In this document: positions 50,570 through 63,372 of the stretch, piece by piece
Layout of the letters: each line of letters starts with the position of its first letter
Position numbering within the stretch: the stretch's first letter is position 1
Assembly (NCBI RefSeq): GCF_000150275.1
Contig: NW_002060952.1
Coordinates: 2,408,866-2,472,865, forward strand
From: Trichoplax adhaerens
Taxonomy: Eukaryota > Animalia > Placozoa
DNA length: 64,000 nt
Direction of reading: 5' to 3'
Program-made: the position numbers and the translations under genes
The notes under the pieces: generated by a model
What the model was told of the DNA's origin: nothing
Seen by the model: only the letters and a program-made list of their open reading frames with translations
The model's database searches: none

Positions 50570-52785
50570 TTATAACTGTTAGTTGGTTACGTTTTAGATA
50601 TTCATTTCGTGTTCAAGGATCTAGGTTGGAATTATTCTCTCCACTATAGTGCTTATTACTAATCCGTTAAAATAGTAATGCAACTTTAATTATCCTGATC
50701 ATAGATTTTCAGCGCTCTTGATTGCAGGAGCCACGAAATAATCAATTAAAATAAATCGAACGGCATAATATTAAATTCTATATATCAACAGCGTTGTTCA
50801 TAAAGTACTGAATCGACGCTCAATGACCTAAAGCAGAGTTATAATCCTTGAAGATGAAACCAGCGATTTATCTATATTTTCACATTCGAATCGATTTCAA
50901 AATTATTATCAGTAGCCAGTCAAAACTGCGACTATAGCAATTTACTATTATGCCTATTGGATTTTCATCTTTCCATAAATATTCATAAACAGGATAGCAT
51001 TCTATTCACAATATCATTATATATGTTGGGTATATATTATAAAGGATCGATGCAGATGTGATATTTACAAAGCTAAGTGGAAGTTAGCTGTACTTCAATG
51101 ATATTTACTGATGAGTGAAATTTCATGAAGTAAAAACTATCCTACCTCACTAATTAGAGATCTATTCGTCCTAATATGAGTTATTATAATGAATAATAAG
51201 GTATACACATTCTAATAATTCATGAGATCATAAAGAAATTCAATATTAGTTTATGCGGAAGTGATGGCCGAATTAAAAATATATGTCAGCTTGGTAACAA
51301 ATCATAATTATATATTGCGTATTTAATCTATTTACTCATATTATCATCAGTTATTATAATCAACCGTAAAGTAAATACGTTCTGACAATTCATGAAATCA
51401 CAAAGACACTGTACTTAATAATGCCTACTTGTGCGGTCGTAATGATGGATTTAAATATACATCGACATAGCAACGAATGATTCATTACTTATTGCTATCA
51501 TTTAATTGATCAGAATTACTGTTTCAAATCATTCTCATTAATCCTTCTTTAAACAAAACAATGATATTGAATTGAGTATTTTTAGATATTTCTAGTTTAT
51601 GTCTAGTAGATATGAAAAGAATATCAAACCCTTGATGGACTATCAATCTTAAAGTCAGGTATTAAGTATTAGAATATAAAATGAATGGTCTATTAAGGTA
51701 GCTTTTAATCGTATTTCAGATGCTAACTTATTAGCTAGCTAGGCATCATTGGAATTTCTAATTAATTATTATACAAAGTATCTTAATAAATCATTCTCAT
51801 TTAAAGCAACTTTGACACCAAATGAAAATTGGAGAAATAATCGATTAACAATTTATTAAGAAAACGTGAGAGAGACAGATCAAACAACCTTCCAAATACT
51901 TAATTCTAAGTATTATAAGTGAACAAATAAACGAAAGAACTGAAAGTGTCAACAACCAAACAACCTAACATAAGAAGAACGTTTTCACTTACGACAGTTC
52001 GACCCGCAGGCCTTTAAAACTCAACAAGTTCTTCAAAAGAATCTTCTTTTACTCNNNNNNNNNNNNNNNNNNNNNNNNNNNNNNNNNNNNNNNNNNNNNN
52101 NNNNCTATATTCACAACTCATTAGAAAGACAAATGAAGAAATTGCTAAAAATTTCTGAGTATAGCTTAATCAACTCTATCATTTCAATCTGGTTCCTTAG
52201 ACTTTGCCATACGATCTAGAAATCTTTTTACCGAATCTATCTATTTAATCAAACCCGCTATTATAATTCTTTTAGTTTGATTTTATTCGTCAAGCTTCGT
52301 TTGCAATCCAGAAGGACTTGTATATAAATTCATCTTTAATCACTCCTGATAATACTTCTATCAAAATCTCTTTTTAGTCAATTCTGCTGGTTAATCTCCT
52401 TCCTTGCGCGTCATTTCGTGCCCTAGAAATACTTGTACTAATTTCATTCCCCAAATCAATTCTATTGATTTAATCTGGTTTTTACACTCCATCTCACGAT
52501 CTAGAAATACTTGTACAGAATCCATCCTTCAATCAATTCTGTTGTTTTAATCTATTTCACGATCTGGAAATACATGTACTTGAATTTATCTACTTAATCA
52601 ATACTGAAATTTAATCTTCTTTCTAGCGCTTTATCTCACGATCTAGAAATACTCGTATTCAGTTCATTTATTTAATCAATTCTGGTGCTTTAATCGCTTT
52701 CTTTGAACCAATATCCAGCGATCTAGAAATAAAATATATTAAATTCATCTATTTAATCAAACTCATTATTTTAATTCCTTTCCTT
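50570..52785. repeat. Older duplicated non-coding block upstream of the GPCR (partner 56860-59425)
   Basis: Colinear similarity of 50570-51800 with 56860-58305, and of 52120-52785 with 58770-59425; visibly more diverged than the AKR blocks. Confidence 0.88.
52055..52104. other. Assembly gap (50 N)
   Basis: Run of n. Confidence 1.
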
Positions 52786-52802
52786 ACACTTTATCTCACA
52801 AT
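52205..52802. repeat. Degenerate tandem repeat of ~78 bp directly abutting the GPCR start codon (second array at ~58855-59425)
   Basis: atctcacgatctagaaatacttgtactgaattcatctatttaatcaattctg recurs near 52213, 52422, 52498, 52561, 52640 and 52720. The last partial unit ctttatctcacaat runs into the ATG at 52803. Confidence 0.88.
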
Positions 52803-53816
52803 ATGAATAATTCCAGTAATAGCAATGGCACAATCGACTATGTTGCAATCAACTCCTATGCTTATGCTGCAGCTGTACCAGCCAGTATTATCGGCTTGAT
52901 AGCCAATACACTTGTGATGTTTATCTTGATGAGGTATAAGATATTCCATAAAACAACTTATTTTCTACTTCGTATTTCGATTGCATCCGATATTATCTCC
53001 AATACAACAACGGCCATATCATACTTGATTGTAACAGCAATCCATGTTACCTATCCTCTCGGTGTTATATTATGTCGTATTGCAGTTTTTGTTATACTTT
53101 CATCTTATGGTATTTCCATAATGACTTTATGTACTATTGCGATCGATCGTTACTTTGCTATCGTTAAGCCATTATCATCGTTCTATCGTCGAAATAAGTT
53201 CCTACTAATCGGTGGCCTATTAACTGTAGGTTGTTTATTAACATTTAGTATTACCATCCCAGCATTATTTTTTGTCGATGTTTATCACGATGATACTAAA
53301 TTTTGCGATTTTAGAAATGTAACACCGCTAATATCTTTTTATTTTACTATGAGCACCTTTAATTTATACATTATTCCTGCCGTTACGTTAGCTACTAGCT
53401 ATGGTAATATTATTGTTTATATGAGAAATTACGTTCGACCTGGTGAGGATACTAATTTTAATCGTGCTGTAGAAGATCAGAAAAGGAAAAAATTTATTAA
53501 AGCATTATCGCTAATCGCTAGCTCCTATTTATTAATCAGTTGGCCATTTTTTGCAACAAGCTTAGGTATGGCTATTACAGGAAGCTCAATACGAGAAATA
53601 CGTCGAGTTGGGGTAGTCTATTATCTATTTGCATTTTTCTCCTTTTCTACTACAGCAGCTATTAGCATTATTAATCCCTTTTTATACTTGAAGTTCGATC
53701 ACGCTATTCAATTAAAGGCTAAAAGTTTAATTTCTCAATTGTCTACGATTCGCACTGCAGTCGATTCAAGCAATGACAGTGTCCCCAATTCAACAAATAA
53801 AAGTGGGATAGCATGA
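52803..53816 (+). CDS. Intronless class A (rhodopsin-like) GPCR, orphan, 337 aa
   Basis: N-glycosylation sequons at the N-terminus, seven hydrophobic segments, TM1 GLIAN, TM2 Asp (IASD), TM3 C...IAIDRYFAIVKP, ECL2 Cys, TM5 P...Y, TM6 SWP and TM7 NPFLY. Confidence 0.95.
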   Translation: MNNSSNSNGTIDYVAINSYAYAAAVPASIIGLIANTLVMFILMRYKIFHKTTYFLLRISIASDIISNTTTAISYLIVTAIHVTYPLGVILCRIAVFVILSSYGISIMTLCTIAIDRYFAIVKPLSSFYRRNKFLLIGGLLTVGCLLTFSITIPALFFVDVYHDDTKFCDFRNVTPLISFYFTMSTFNLYIIPAVTLATSYGNIIVYMRNYVRPGEDTNFNRAVEDQKRKKFIKALSLIASSYLLISWPFFATSLGMAITGSSIREIRRVGVVYYLFAFFSFSTTAAISIINPFLYLKFDHAIQLKAKSLISQLSTIRTAVDSSNDSVPNSTNKSGIA

Positions 53817-54866
53817 AGAAATTAATAATCTATTCTTAATAACGATTCCTTATACTGTAATTCTATCATCCAATATCAGATAGTCTATGATTGCAGAATA
53901 ATAAATTAATGTAATATTTTATAAAAATTTTTCTCATACTGGTATGTGATATAATTCGCCATCTTATCATTTTATTCTTCTTATTTTAATGAATTAAGAG
54001 TGGCTTTAATTACAAGCTTTTATTGGATAATAACTGATTATGGTAAGACCTAGCGAGCTGTCAATATCTTCATCGATTATGAGCTATTCCTATTTTTAAT
54101 TCTACTTACTATTACTGGTATAGTAATTGATATAGTAAATTGTTAACCGACAAGATAGCTAGACTCATACCTAAAATTAAGATAGATTTCAGTGGAAAGA
54201 TCATTTACTACTTAGTATTAGACTGTAGTTAATGAATTTTAATCACTATCATCTACCGTAGCATGGTTTCAATAACTATAATTCACCAGAATTAACCCGA
54301 GAAAAAATAAAAGAGTAGCCTTTTTACTGCACGGTGATCCGATATTTTCTGATTAATCAAGTTATTACTTCTATACTAATTCATGTAATTTAATATTAAT
54401 CATAGAATTTATCAAAATTTAATCCTATGAAACTCTAAAGTATATTGTGCTATAACACATGTTATGTTTGCAGTATACTATAATGTACCGCACAGCGTGA
54501 TTCACTTTGGGAGGATTTTAATATAGAAAATCAGAGAGGTGAAAGAAAAAGACTTCGTTTACCTCTATGTAGAAAATAAATGAGATCGTACGGTAGCTAT
54601 AGACATAAAATATGCTATTCTATTTCTTTTGACAGATAAGCAACTTGTCATGTAAATTATGCTCATGCATAATTAATTTTATATCCATTCTGTATGATAA
54701 GAAATAAAATTAGCAGGATTTAAAGTCGAGATGTAGAAATTGTAAAATAGACGCCTATGCGATATTTATGAATTGATAAGTGTATATTATTGTTACGGTT
54801 CATAATTACCGTAAATAAAAAAAAAAGAAAGATATTCATATTTTTCTAAAGTAGAGTTGTGATATG

Positions 54867-55440
54867 TCAAGTCGTTAATGGATTTCCATTAACGAATGTG
54901 TAATAAAGATTATCACACTTGATTAGTGAGTTGTTAAGTAACAAGTCTAGTTGATTTGTTAATTGGAGTAAGAGTGGTAATTTCTCAGAATTCCTGGCAA
55001 TATCTAATATATTATAACGGGTTCTTTCATCTTGGATACCACATATCCAGATTGATTTAAGGATGACATCTTTTGAATATTCCACAACGGGATTCTCGCT
55101 AAGTGCGCAAAACTTGTCTTCATATGACTGCATAGATTCACCCGGATCTTGCTTGCAATGTAAAAGTTCTAGAAACGTTGTGATAGTTGATACGGTTTGC
55201 GAAGCTTGTTCTTTAACTATCTTCCACAAATCCTTCATATTTCATGTCTACGATTTGCTGAGTCCCTGCTTGCCTGATTACTCGTCTTTTAACAGTATTC
55301 GAGAGTGCGGCGTATAGAAGGCTGACTTTTTGATTATCTTCTTTCGCATCTTTGAGAACGAACGTTGTCTTCATAGCCTGCTCCAGGACTTCAACAGGAT
55401 CCACATCTGGATTCCATTCGTAAGTAGTATGATTTGCCAT
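54867..55440 (-). mobile_element. Ty3/Gypsy-like Gag (capsid) coding remnant of ~190 aa, split by one extra base at ~55232
   Basis: Removing one G from TATGAAGGATTTG joins MANHTTYEW...KVSLLYAAL...DMKYE to DLWKIVKEQ...CKQDPGESMQSYEDKFCAL...ILKSIWICGIQDERTRYNIL. This has a major-homology-region-like Q.PGES...Y and a Gypsy Gag-like I.GI.D...R..IL. No pol or LTR was seen. Confidence 0.65.
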
Positions 55441-56859
55441 CCTGTTCACGACACCAATTATTAAGTTCGTGGTAAACGGTGTAGGTTTAATTGAGAATCG
55501 TTTATTAATAAATTTATGAAGGTATTTGTACATTTGCTAGATTACTTCACTTTAGTTTAGCTACATGATTATCCATATAAGATGTAAGATTAGCTTAAAA
55601 TGATAATTACATAATTAGAACGTTAATCATTTTGAACTGTAATCCTACAGTACGACTTTTAATCATTCTATATATGATACTACTATACAGTATGCTGTAT
55701 ATGTAATTGCTCCATGTATAACAGTAAACACTCAATATTAATTTACAGATATTTATTCTATACTGACTATCATAAATACATATTATACAAAACCGAGTAT
55801 ATTGTAAATAGAATTATGCCGATAGAAACTGGCACAGGTATATAAGAGCGTGCCTTTTATCATAGAAGGAGGTCTGATATTACATTGCCTAGTAGTATAT
55901 TCTATCGTTCGAATAAAGAGGATTTATGAAGTCATCTGGATATACTCATTGGCTGAATAAAGTCGTATACTGAACTGGTCGAGTTAGTGAAGCTTATTAG
56001 CAACGGTATATTACGGTAGAGCGGTTACGCTAGGAATCAGATTAGTTACTTGTGCCACAAGCGACGTTGTGACAATTATTACTCTTTAAACCATAGTCAC
56101 ATTGACTACGTAAGCTTTAAAAAGTCAAGTTCGGTTAGTGTGTTCCGATCATATTTACGGTATACTATGCTCAGAATACCCTTTAAAAATACGATTATTG
56201 TTTACAAAGAATAATTTCCTTTTATCATTTTCACCTATAGCAGATAAACTAATAAAATACAAAGCAACGTTTACTGTTTTATATCATGCTAAATGTTGAA
56301 CTGTCGAGTAAAGTATTCGCTAGCCAGCTTAATGCATAGATAAATATACTATCGATACTGATAAGTCATGGTAGTCGAGATACTGGCCATCTAGAGTTAG
56401 CATTATTTTAAGTATAGTGTAGATAATTCTCGTCGACTTGAAAATGTCAGCCAGTAAATTTACACTACCAACGTCGAAGTAATTTGCTAATCAACTTACT
56501 TACTTACTATACTTACAGTACTGTGCAGTTTTCCAGAATTTACAGTACAAGTATTAAGAAATAAAGCCAAGATTTTTTCTTACTCTCCAATACAGTACTG
56601 CTTACTTTACTGTAGACTTTCGATTTATCAAAGAATCTACGATAAGGAAGATTTTCCATAAAATGATAAAAAAAGAAATAACACTTCACTGTACTATAAC
56701 TATCTGTATGCAGTTAGTCATACATTATGTTGCCAAGATACAATAATCGATATCAATTTGTAGTTAATAACAAACGTTTTTACTGTTCGCCATGATTAGA
56801 TGATATTTTGATAAGTAATTGTAAACTACAACTATCCGCTTAGTCCTTATGTTTCAAAA

Positions 56860-59425
56860 TTTACAACTGCTAGTTGGTTACATTTTAAATATTCGATTCG
56901 TTTTTAAAGATCCAAGTTGGAATTATTCTTTACAGTATAGTACTCATTGCTAATCTATTAAAATAATGATGCAACCTAAAATTATCCTGATCATTGATTT
57001 TTTATCGTTCTTGCATTTGCGAGAGCCGAAAAACGATCAATTAAAATAAATCGAATGGCATAATATTAGGTTTCTATATATCAGTAGTGGTATTCATAGA
57101 CTATGAAATCGATGCTTAACGACCTAGATTAGAAGTAATTATGATTCTTGAATACGGATCCGGTAATTTATCCATATTTACACATTCGATTCGATTGCAT
57201 AGTTGTAAGTATCGGTAGTCTGTCAAAACCGCTACTATAATAAGCTATTATTATACTTATTAGGCTTTCATCTTTTCGTAATTTTTCATAAACAGGATAG
57301 CATTCCATTCACGATATCATTATATATCTTATAAACAGTCGATGCAGATGTGATATTTACAAAGCCAAAGGAAATTGGCTGTATTTAACTCACTTCCTGG
57401 TATGCATAGTTTCTTGAAGTAAAAATTATTCTATCTCGACGCTCCGTGACCTGAAGTAATTTATCTGTATTTACACGTTCAATTTGTTCAAAAAGTTACC
57501 AGTATGGTTAGCCTGTCAAAACTGCTATACTATAATAAGCAAATATTATACTTATCGGTCTTTCATCCTTCGTAAATATTTATAAACAGTATAGCATTCT
57601 ATTCGCGATATCATTATACATATTACCATATATTACGAAGAATCGATGCAGATGTGATGTCTACAAAGTCAAGCTTAAGTTAACTATATTTTAACTCATT
57701 TACCGGCAAGTACGTACAGTTTCTTAGAGCAGAAATTATTCAACCTTGCTAATTGGAGATCTATTCGTCCTATTATCAGTTACTATAACGTAGAGTAAAG
57801 TAAACACATTCTGATAATTCATGAAATCATAAAGAAACTGTAATATCTATGTATGCAGTAGCGATAGCCGATTTAAATGTGGCAATGAATTATGATTATT
57901 TATTACTAGCATTCAATCGATCTATTTATCTCACCATCAGTTGTTACAATCAACAGCAAAGTAAAAAAGTTCTGACAATTCATGAATTAATTGATTGATT
58001 GATCAAAATTACTATTTCAAAATTATTTAAATTATTCTCATTTAATCCTTCTGTAAACGAAGAAAATGATATTGAATTAAGAGTTTTAGATACTTCTAAT
58101 TTATTTCTAGTTGATATGAAGGAAATACCAAACCCTTGACGAACCATCATCCTTAGGGTCAGATATTAATTAAGTTATAGAATATAAAATGGATGACTTT
58201 GAGGCTGCTTTTAATAATACTTTAGATAATAACTAACTTATTATCTAGGCATCAGTGGAATTATTGATTGTTATATAAATTCTCCTAATCAATTATTTTC
58301 ATTTGACAATTCCTTCACTACGGTAATCAATTGTAAAAAAATCAAACAATGAACTTTAACCTTTGATATTAATTAGTTACTAGCCATACCGATTAGAAAT
58401 CGATAAATAACATTATTCTCTGCATCATATCAATATCAGCTGCTGTTCTACCAATTAGAGTCACTGTCCATTCTCGATTGATACAATATCATAAGTTTAT
58501 TATTTTATTCTTCTGCGAAGCCATGCTAAATTTAACTTTTACCTAAAGTATAATGAAGGCACTTGAAAAGGTAGAAAGATAATGAGCTCTATTATTAATC
58601 AACAGTTATATTAGTCTCTAGAAGAGATGATTGGGTACTACGCTATGCTACATTTTATAGCATTTTTTTATATTATAAAGAAAGAAAATGAAATAATTAA
58701 GATATCATTACGCCATCTTTAAAATATCGATAACGTAAATTTAAGTTTAATCTAAATTTAACAACTCTTAAAAAAAGTCAAACAAAGAAATTGCCGAAGA
58801 TTTCTGGTACAGCTTAATCAGTTCTATCATTTCAATCTAGTTCCTTAGACTTTGCCATACGGTCTAGAAATAATTTGTAACGAATTCATCTACTTAATCA
58901 AGCCTGCCGATATAATTTTGTTTTGATTTTATTTGTTGAACTTCGTTTTGCCATCTAGAAATACTTGTATCTGAATTCACCTTTAATCAGTCTTGTTAAT
59001 ATTTGTACTAATTCTTCGTTTAATCAATTCTGTTGATTTCATCGCCTTCCTTACACTTCATCTCACGATCTAGAAATACTTTTACTGAATTCATCTCCTT
59101 AATCAATTCTGTTAATTTAATCTCACTTTTGCACTTCGTCTCACGATCTAGAAATACATGTAATAAATTCATCTCTCTAATCAGTTCTGTTGTTTAATTT
59201 CCTTGCTTTGTGTTTTAGTTACGATCTAGAAATCCTTGCACTGAATTCATCTGCTAAATCAATCCAGATAATTTAATTTTTTTCTTGCGCTCTATCTTAC
59301 GGTCTAGAAATTTATTTACTCAATCAACCCTGCCACTTTGTCGCTTTTCTTGAACCAGTATCTCACAATCTAGAACTTAATGCACTAAATTCATCTATTT
59401 AATCAATTCTGTTGTTTTAATTTCC
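56860..59425. repeat. Duplicate of the GPCR upstream region, with an internal ~290-bp duplication (~57160-57430 / 57455-57740), truncated before any GPCR CDS
   Basis: Colinear with 50570-52785. At 59425 it switches abruptly into the AKR 3' flank block. Confidence 0.88.
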
Positions 59426-60278
59426 TCGTGATGCAATACTGTCAAAGTACCTGTTTGTTGCTTATTTACTTAGTTGTTTGCAAGTAATTCTATTTGAAGC
59501 ATTTACTTAAGCATAATACCGAGATAGCTGTAAAATTATACGATGGATTTATATTGTAATATAGTTGAGAGAGGAATAACTAAGTATAGCAAAAATAATT
59601 GTACTTATTAGTTTATTATTGAGCCTCATGCAATAAGACAGCATAAATAAACTGACAAAAGGATAACATTGATCATACAATTGATGGTCAAATTGACAAA
59701 TATTCACATAGTATACTTTTAGCCTTAGCTACGTTATAAAACAGTTTAATGATAAAGACAAACATGTTTCATGAGCTGATATCAATTAGTGGAACGGAAT
59801 TATCAGTTATATTAAACTAATACTAGACGATATAATGAGAACTTAATAACATTTCAATTGGAATTCAATCTAATCTTCGTTTTGAGACTAATAAATAAAT
59901 GTGGAATAGCACAAAGACACCTAGGTTCAAAGTATTTATCAATAAAATTGATTATATTACATATTAAAATTACAATTTCCTATAAGATTATGTTTTATAA
60001 TATCTACAAATAACAGGGCCAAACATTAAAGATTTCCGTAAAGTAATAAATTAAATGTAAAGATGACCATATACAGTACAATACAGTCTAGTAACCTATT
60101 ATTAATAGATTAATCGCATGTTCAGTCGTTAAATCGTTATCCGCAGGTACCGGTAACGAATTAACTGAATAAATTTATTAGCAGACTCGGTGGAAAAGTA
60201 TACAGTGTCTGTTCATTGCCGTAGGGTGTCTCCGCGAGTATCATATATTATTTGATAGTCTATTCATTTCCTATCTTC

Positions 60279-62852
60279 TTAATCGGAATTGGCTTCATGG
60301 AATGGATAAACTAGATGGCTGGTAAAAAAGGGAACACTTTTACGTTCAACCTGCTTAGAAATATTCATAAAGCATATTTATATCGGAGATCATTATCCAT
60401 TATTATGATCAACTTGACTAATCTACGAGTACACTCTGTTGCATAATCTCACTGATATAAATTAACAGATCAATTACCTAATATTTCTTTAAAAAAATAA
60501 TGACAATGACAACATAATAAATTACAGCTAAACATAGGATACAGGTGCGCTAGTCGTTTTCTTCACCGTTCAATAGAATGCACATGTCGTCTCATTTAGA
60601 TAGTAATGACACTCAAGATCTCAAAATCAGCCTACAGCAATAGAATTACACCCTTAAGGCAATATTATCTTGAATAATTTTGAAGCTACGCATATTCAAT
60701 ACAATTGATTGCTAATCATATCATCAACGATAAATAAATTCATATTTTAATAAATCTCTTTCAACTTTTTTCGCCTAGGGGTTCTGTCTACTCTCTATCG
60801 AGCATGCCACTCAATATTGATATTTAATGCCAAAATTTAATGGAATAGAAATGACATACGAGAGTATAAAATTGCAGTAGTGAATAGATTTTAATTCATG
60901 TGTTTAATTTAGCACAAGATGTCTTTTACATCGCCCATCCTAAAAGCAAGATTAATGCAGATTAACAATAATCTATTTTATCCCTTCATTTCGCTAAAAT
61001 TTTAATCATGGTAATTGTACAATTATCTCAGGCTCTATGCACATGTAGAATTAGCTCGAGTAGTTACCCACCATTTGAGAACTCGAATTGTAAATATAAT
61101 AATTGCATTGCTACAGTATACCAAATGTTCCCTTAATTTTAGCTCCAAATTTCTAAAAAATAATCCAACTTCCATCCCATTCAACTGATTATATTTGCAT
61201 GTTTATAATAATCAAGTAAAAACACTGCGGCTGTTTAACGTATATTTCTATAAACGCTATAGTCTATTATCTTTAGTAAAAGTTTATATTTACTCTACTG
61301 TAGCATAACTCCATGTATGTATAATCTATATTGAACAATTTTAACATTGAAAAACTTCTTATTACTTATTGGCGTTTATAAATAATTCTCTTCTGCTGCG
61401 TTTCCTACATTACAAAGGCTGTCTTCATGTATCTATCGAAGTGCGTTCATCTCGCTAATTAGTCTGATAGTTAAGGCGGTAAACTTACAAGCTTACCTAT
61501 TCTAATTTACTATAGCTATTCCATTACTTCACATCGTTATACGAGTGTACACTGTAACCTTATACGATTTTTCTCCTCATTCTAGCTGCGATAAAGGCTA
61601 CTATTTCTCTAAGCTATTCTCTTGTAATTCTTGTAAATATGATGGAATCTCATTCTTCCGAAATATCACAGGTTGATTATTAAAGAATATTTAAATCACT
61701 TACTATTTTTTGAATGTTGTAATATCTAATATTTCGATTTAATCCTCTAATAACTTTCATGTCTTCGTCAGATAAAGTGAAATCGAACACCTATTGCAAT
61801 AGATATTTCTGTTTTAGATGGCAACTTACGCTACTTTCGAAATAGACAAAATTATAACGTTAAATGACCTAGGAATATAATGATTACGTTACTGTTTAGA
61901 CCTAATAGTTTATCATCACAGCATAAATGAACAATGGTCAAATTACTATTCAAGAATAAACTCGCTAACCATCTAAAAAAATCTGCATATTCTCGACCTT
62001 AACCGGCCGTAGATATGAACTAATCTGACTGTTTTCAGTAATTCGCAATGGTGTTGTACTTTTAGGTATAACTACAATACTCCGCTGAATGTTAAAACGA
62101 AGACACACTTGAGCTGGAGGTTTGTTGTACTTCTTGCCAATCGATTGAACAACTGGATCATTTAATAAGATTGGATTATCGGAAACAGTTGCATCAGGCC
62201 GATTACGTGATCCAAGCGGACAATATGCAGTTACTGCAATATCACTACGCTGGCATTGTTGGATCCATCGATTACAAGTCATGTAAGGATGCGTTTCAAA
62301 TTGATTAACTGCTGGTTTAATACTGCAATTTTCCATGATATTATCGACTTGCTTTGTATTGAAATTCGATAAACTAATGGCTTTAACTAGGCCATCATCG
62401 ACTAATCGTTCCATCGCTTTCCAAGTTGTTTTATAATCTTCGTTACCAGTAATAGGAACTCCGTCATCATCGAGCGGCAAAATATTATCGTGACCTTGAA
62501 AAATAGTACTATGTGGTTAATGAATTAGAAATAAATCTAGATACTCAAGATGAAGATTTTTCAACGCCATCTGCATTCCTTCTTCGACACGATCAGGCTC
62601 CATCATGGTAATCTATAATTTGGATGTAACAAATAGGTCTTTACGCTGGATAATATGGTCAACGGTATCTGCAAATGCTTGCCCAATTTCTTTTTCATTT
62701 TGATAGACATAAGCACAATCGATATGTTTATAATTATTCTTTAAAGCAGTCTTAATCGATTGATTTACTTTTTCTCCCGGAATTTGCCATGTCCCTAAAT
62801 CCAAGATGGGTATTTCTGCTCCTGTATTTAATGTAACATAATGACTCGCCAT
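60279..62852 (-). pseudogene. Aldo-keto reductase (AKR1-like), copy 2, full-length with three exons (62852-62025, 61790-61704, 60350-60279) but with two nonsense codons and a dead splice donor
   Basis: MASHYVTLNTGAEIPILDLGTW...HIDCAYVYQNE...FVTSKL*(TAG 62615-62613)...YLDLFLIH*(TAA 62519-62517)P...IPKSTTPLRITENSQ|VFDFTLSDEDMKVIRGLNRNIRYYNIQKI|VERK...YPFHEANSD*. The D/Y/K/H catalytic tetrad is intact and there is no frameshift. Intron 1 begins ATTAGT. Confidence 0.92.
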
Positions 62853-63300
62853 TTTTTGGGTAATTGCAATCGCCAATTGATCAAAAAACATCCAACTACT
62901 ATTCTAGGGGTGCTCTACTGAATTTATAATTTTAAACTAATAGTAGAAGTAAACTAGGAACCTACATAAAGGTCTTTTTATATCTTTCTGTATTAAACCA
63001 CTGAATACATTCTTTTCATCATCACTTTATTCATCACAAAAGTCTCCTTATATTTCGAGGGATATAAACTCGACAACTACTGAAGTGAGCTATTCATGAG
63101 TAAACTTTAGTCGATCACAATACTGTTATACTTCTGCTATCTTCTATCTTTCTGAGTAATAAATTAAATGTAAAGATGACCATATACAGTACAATACAGT
63201 CTAGTGACCTATTATTAATAGATTAATCGTATGTTCATTGCCGTAGGGTGTCTCCGCGAGTATCATATATTATTTGATAGTCTATTCATTTCCTATCTTC

Positions 63301-63372
63301 TTAATCGGAATTGGCTTCATGGAATGGATAAACTAGATGGCTGGTAAAAAAGGGAACACTTTTACGTTCAAC
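63301..63372 (-). pseudogene. Last exon of a third AKR copy; the remainder presumably lies beyond the window end
   Basis: Same sequence as 45152-45081, and the flanks 63156-64000 match 44936-45780. Confidence 0.8.

Noticed and set aside
51860-52054. Compositionally odd sequence just before the N gap
   Set aside because: It departs from the otherwise colinear duplicate and abuts a gap, so it is probably a low-quality contig end.
61965-62891. AKR as a processed retrocopy
   Set aside because: Two downstream exons (61790-61704 and 60350-60279) separated by introns are present, so it is a DNA-level duplicate.
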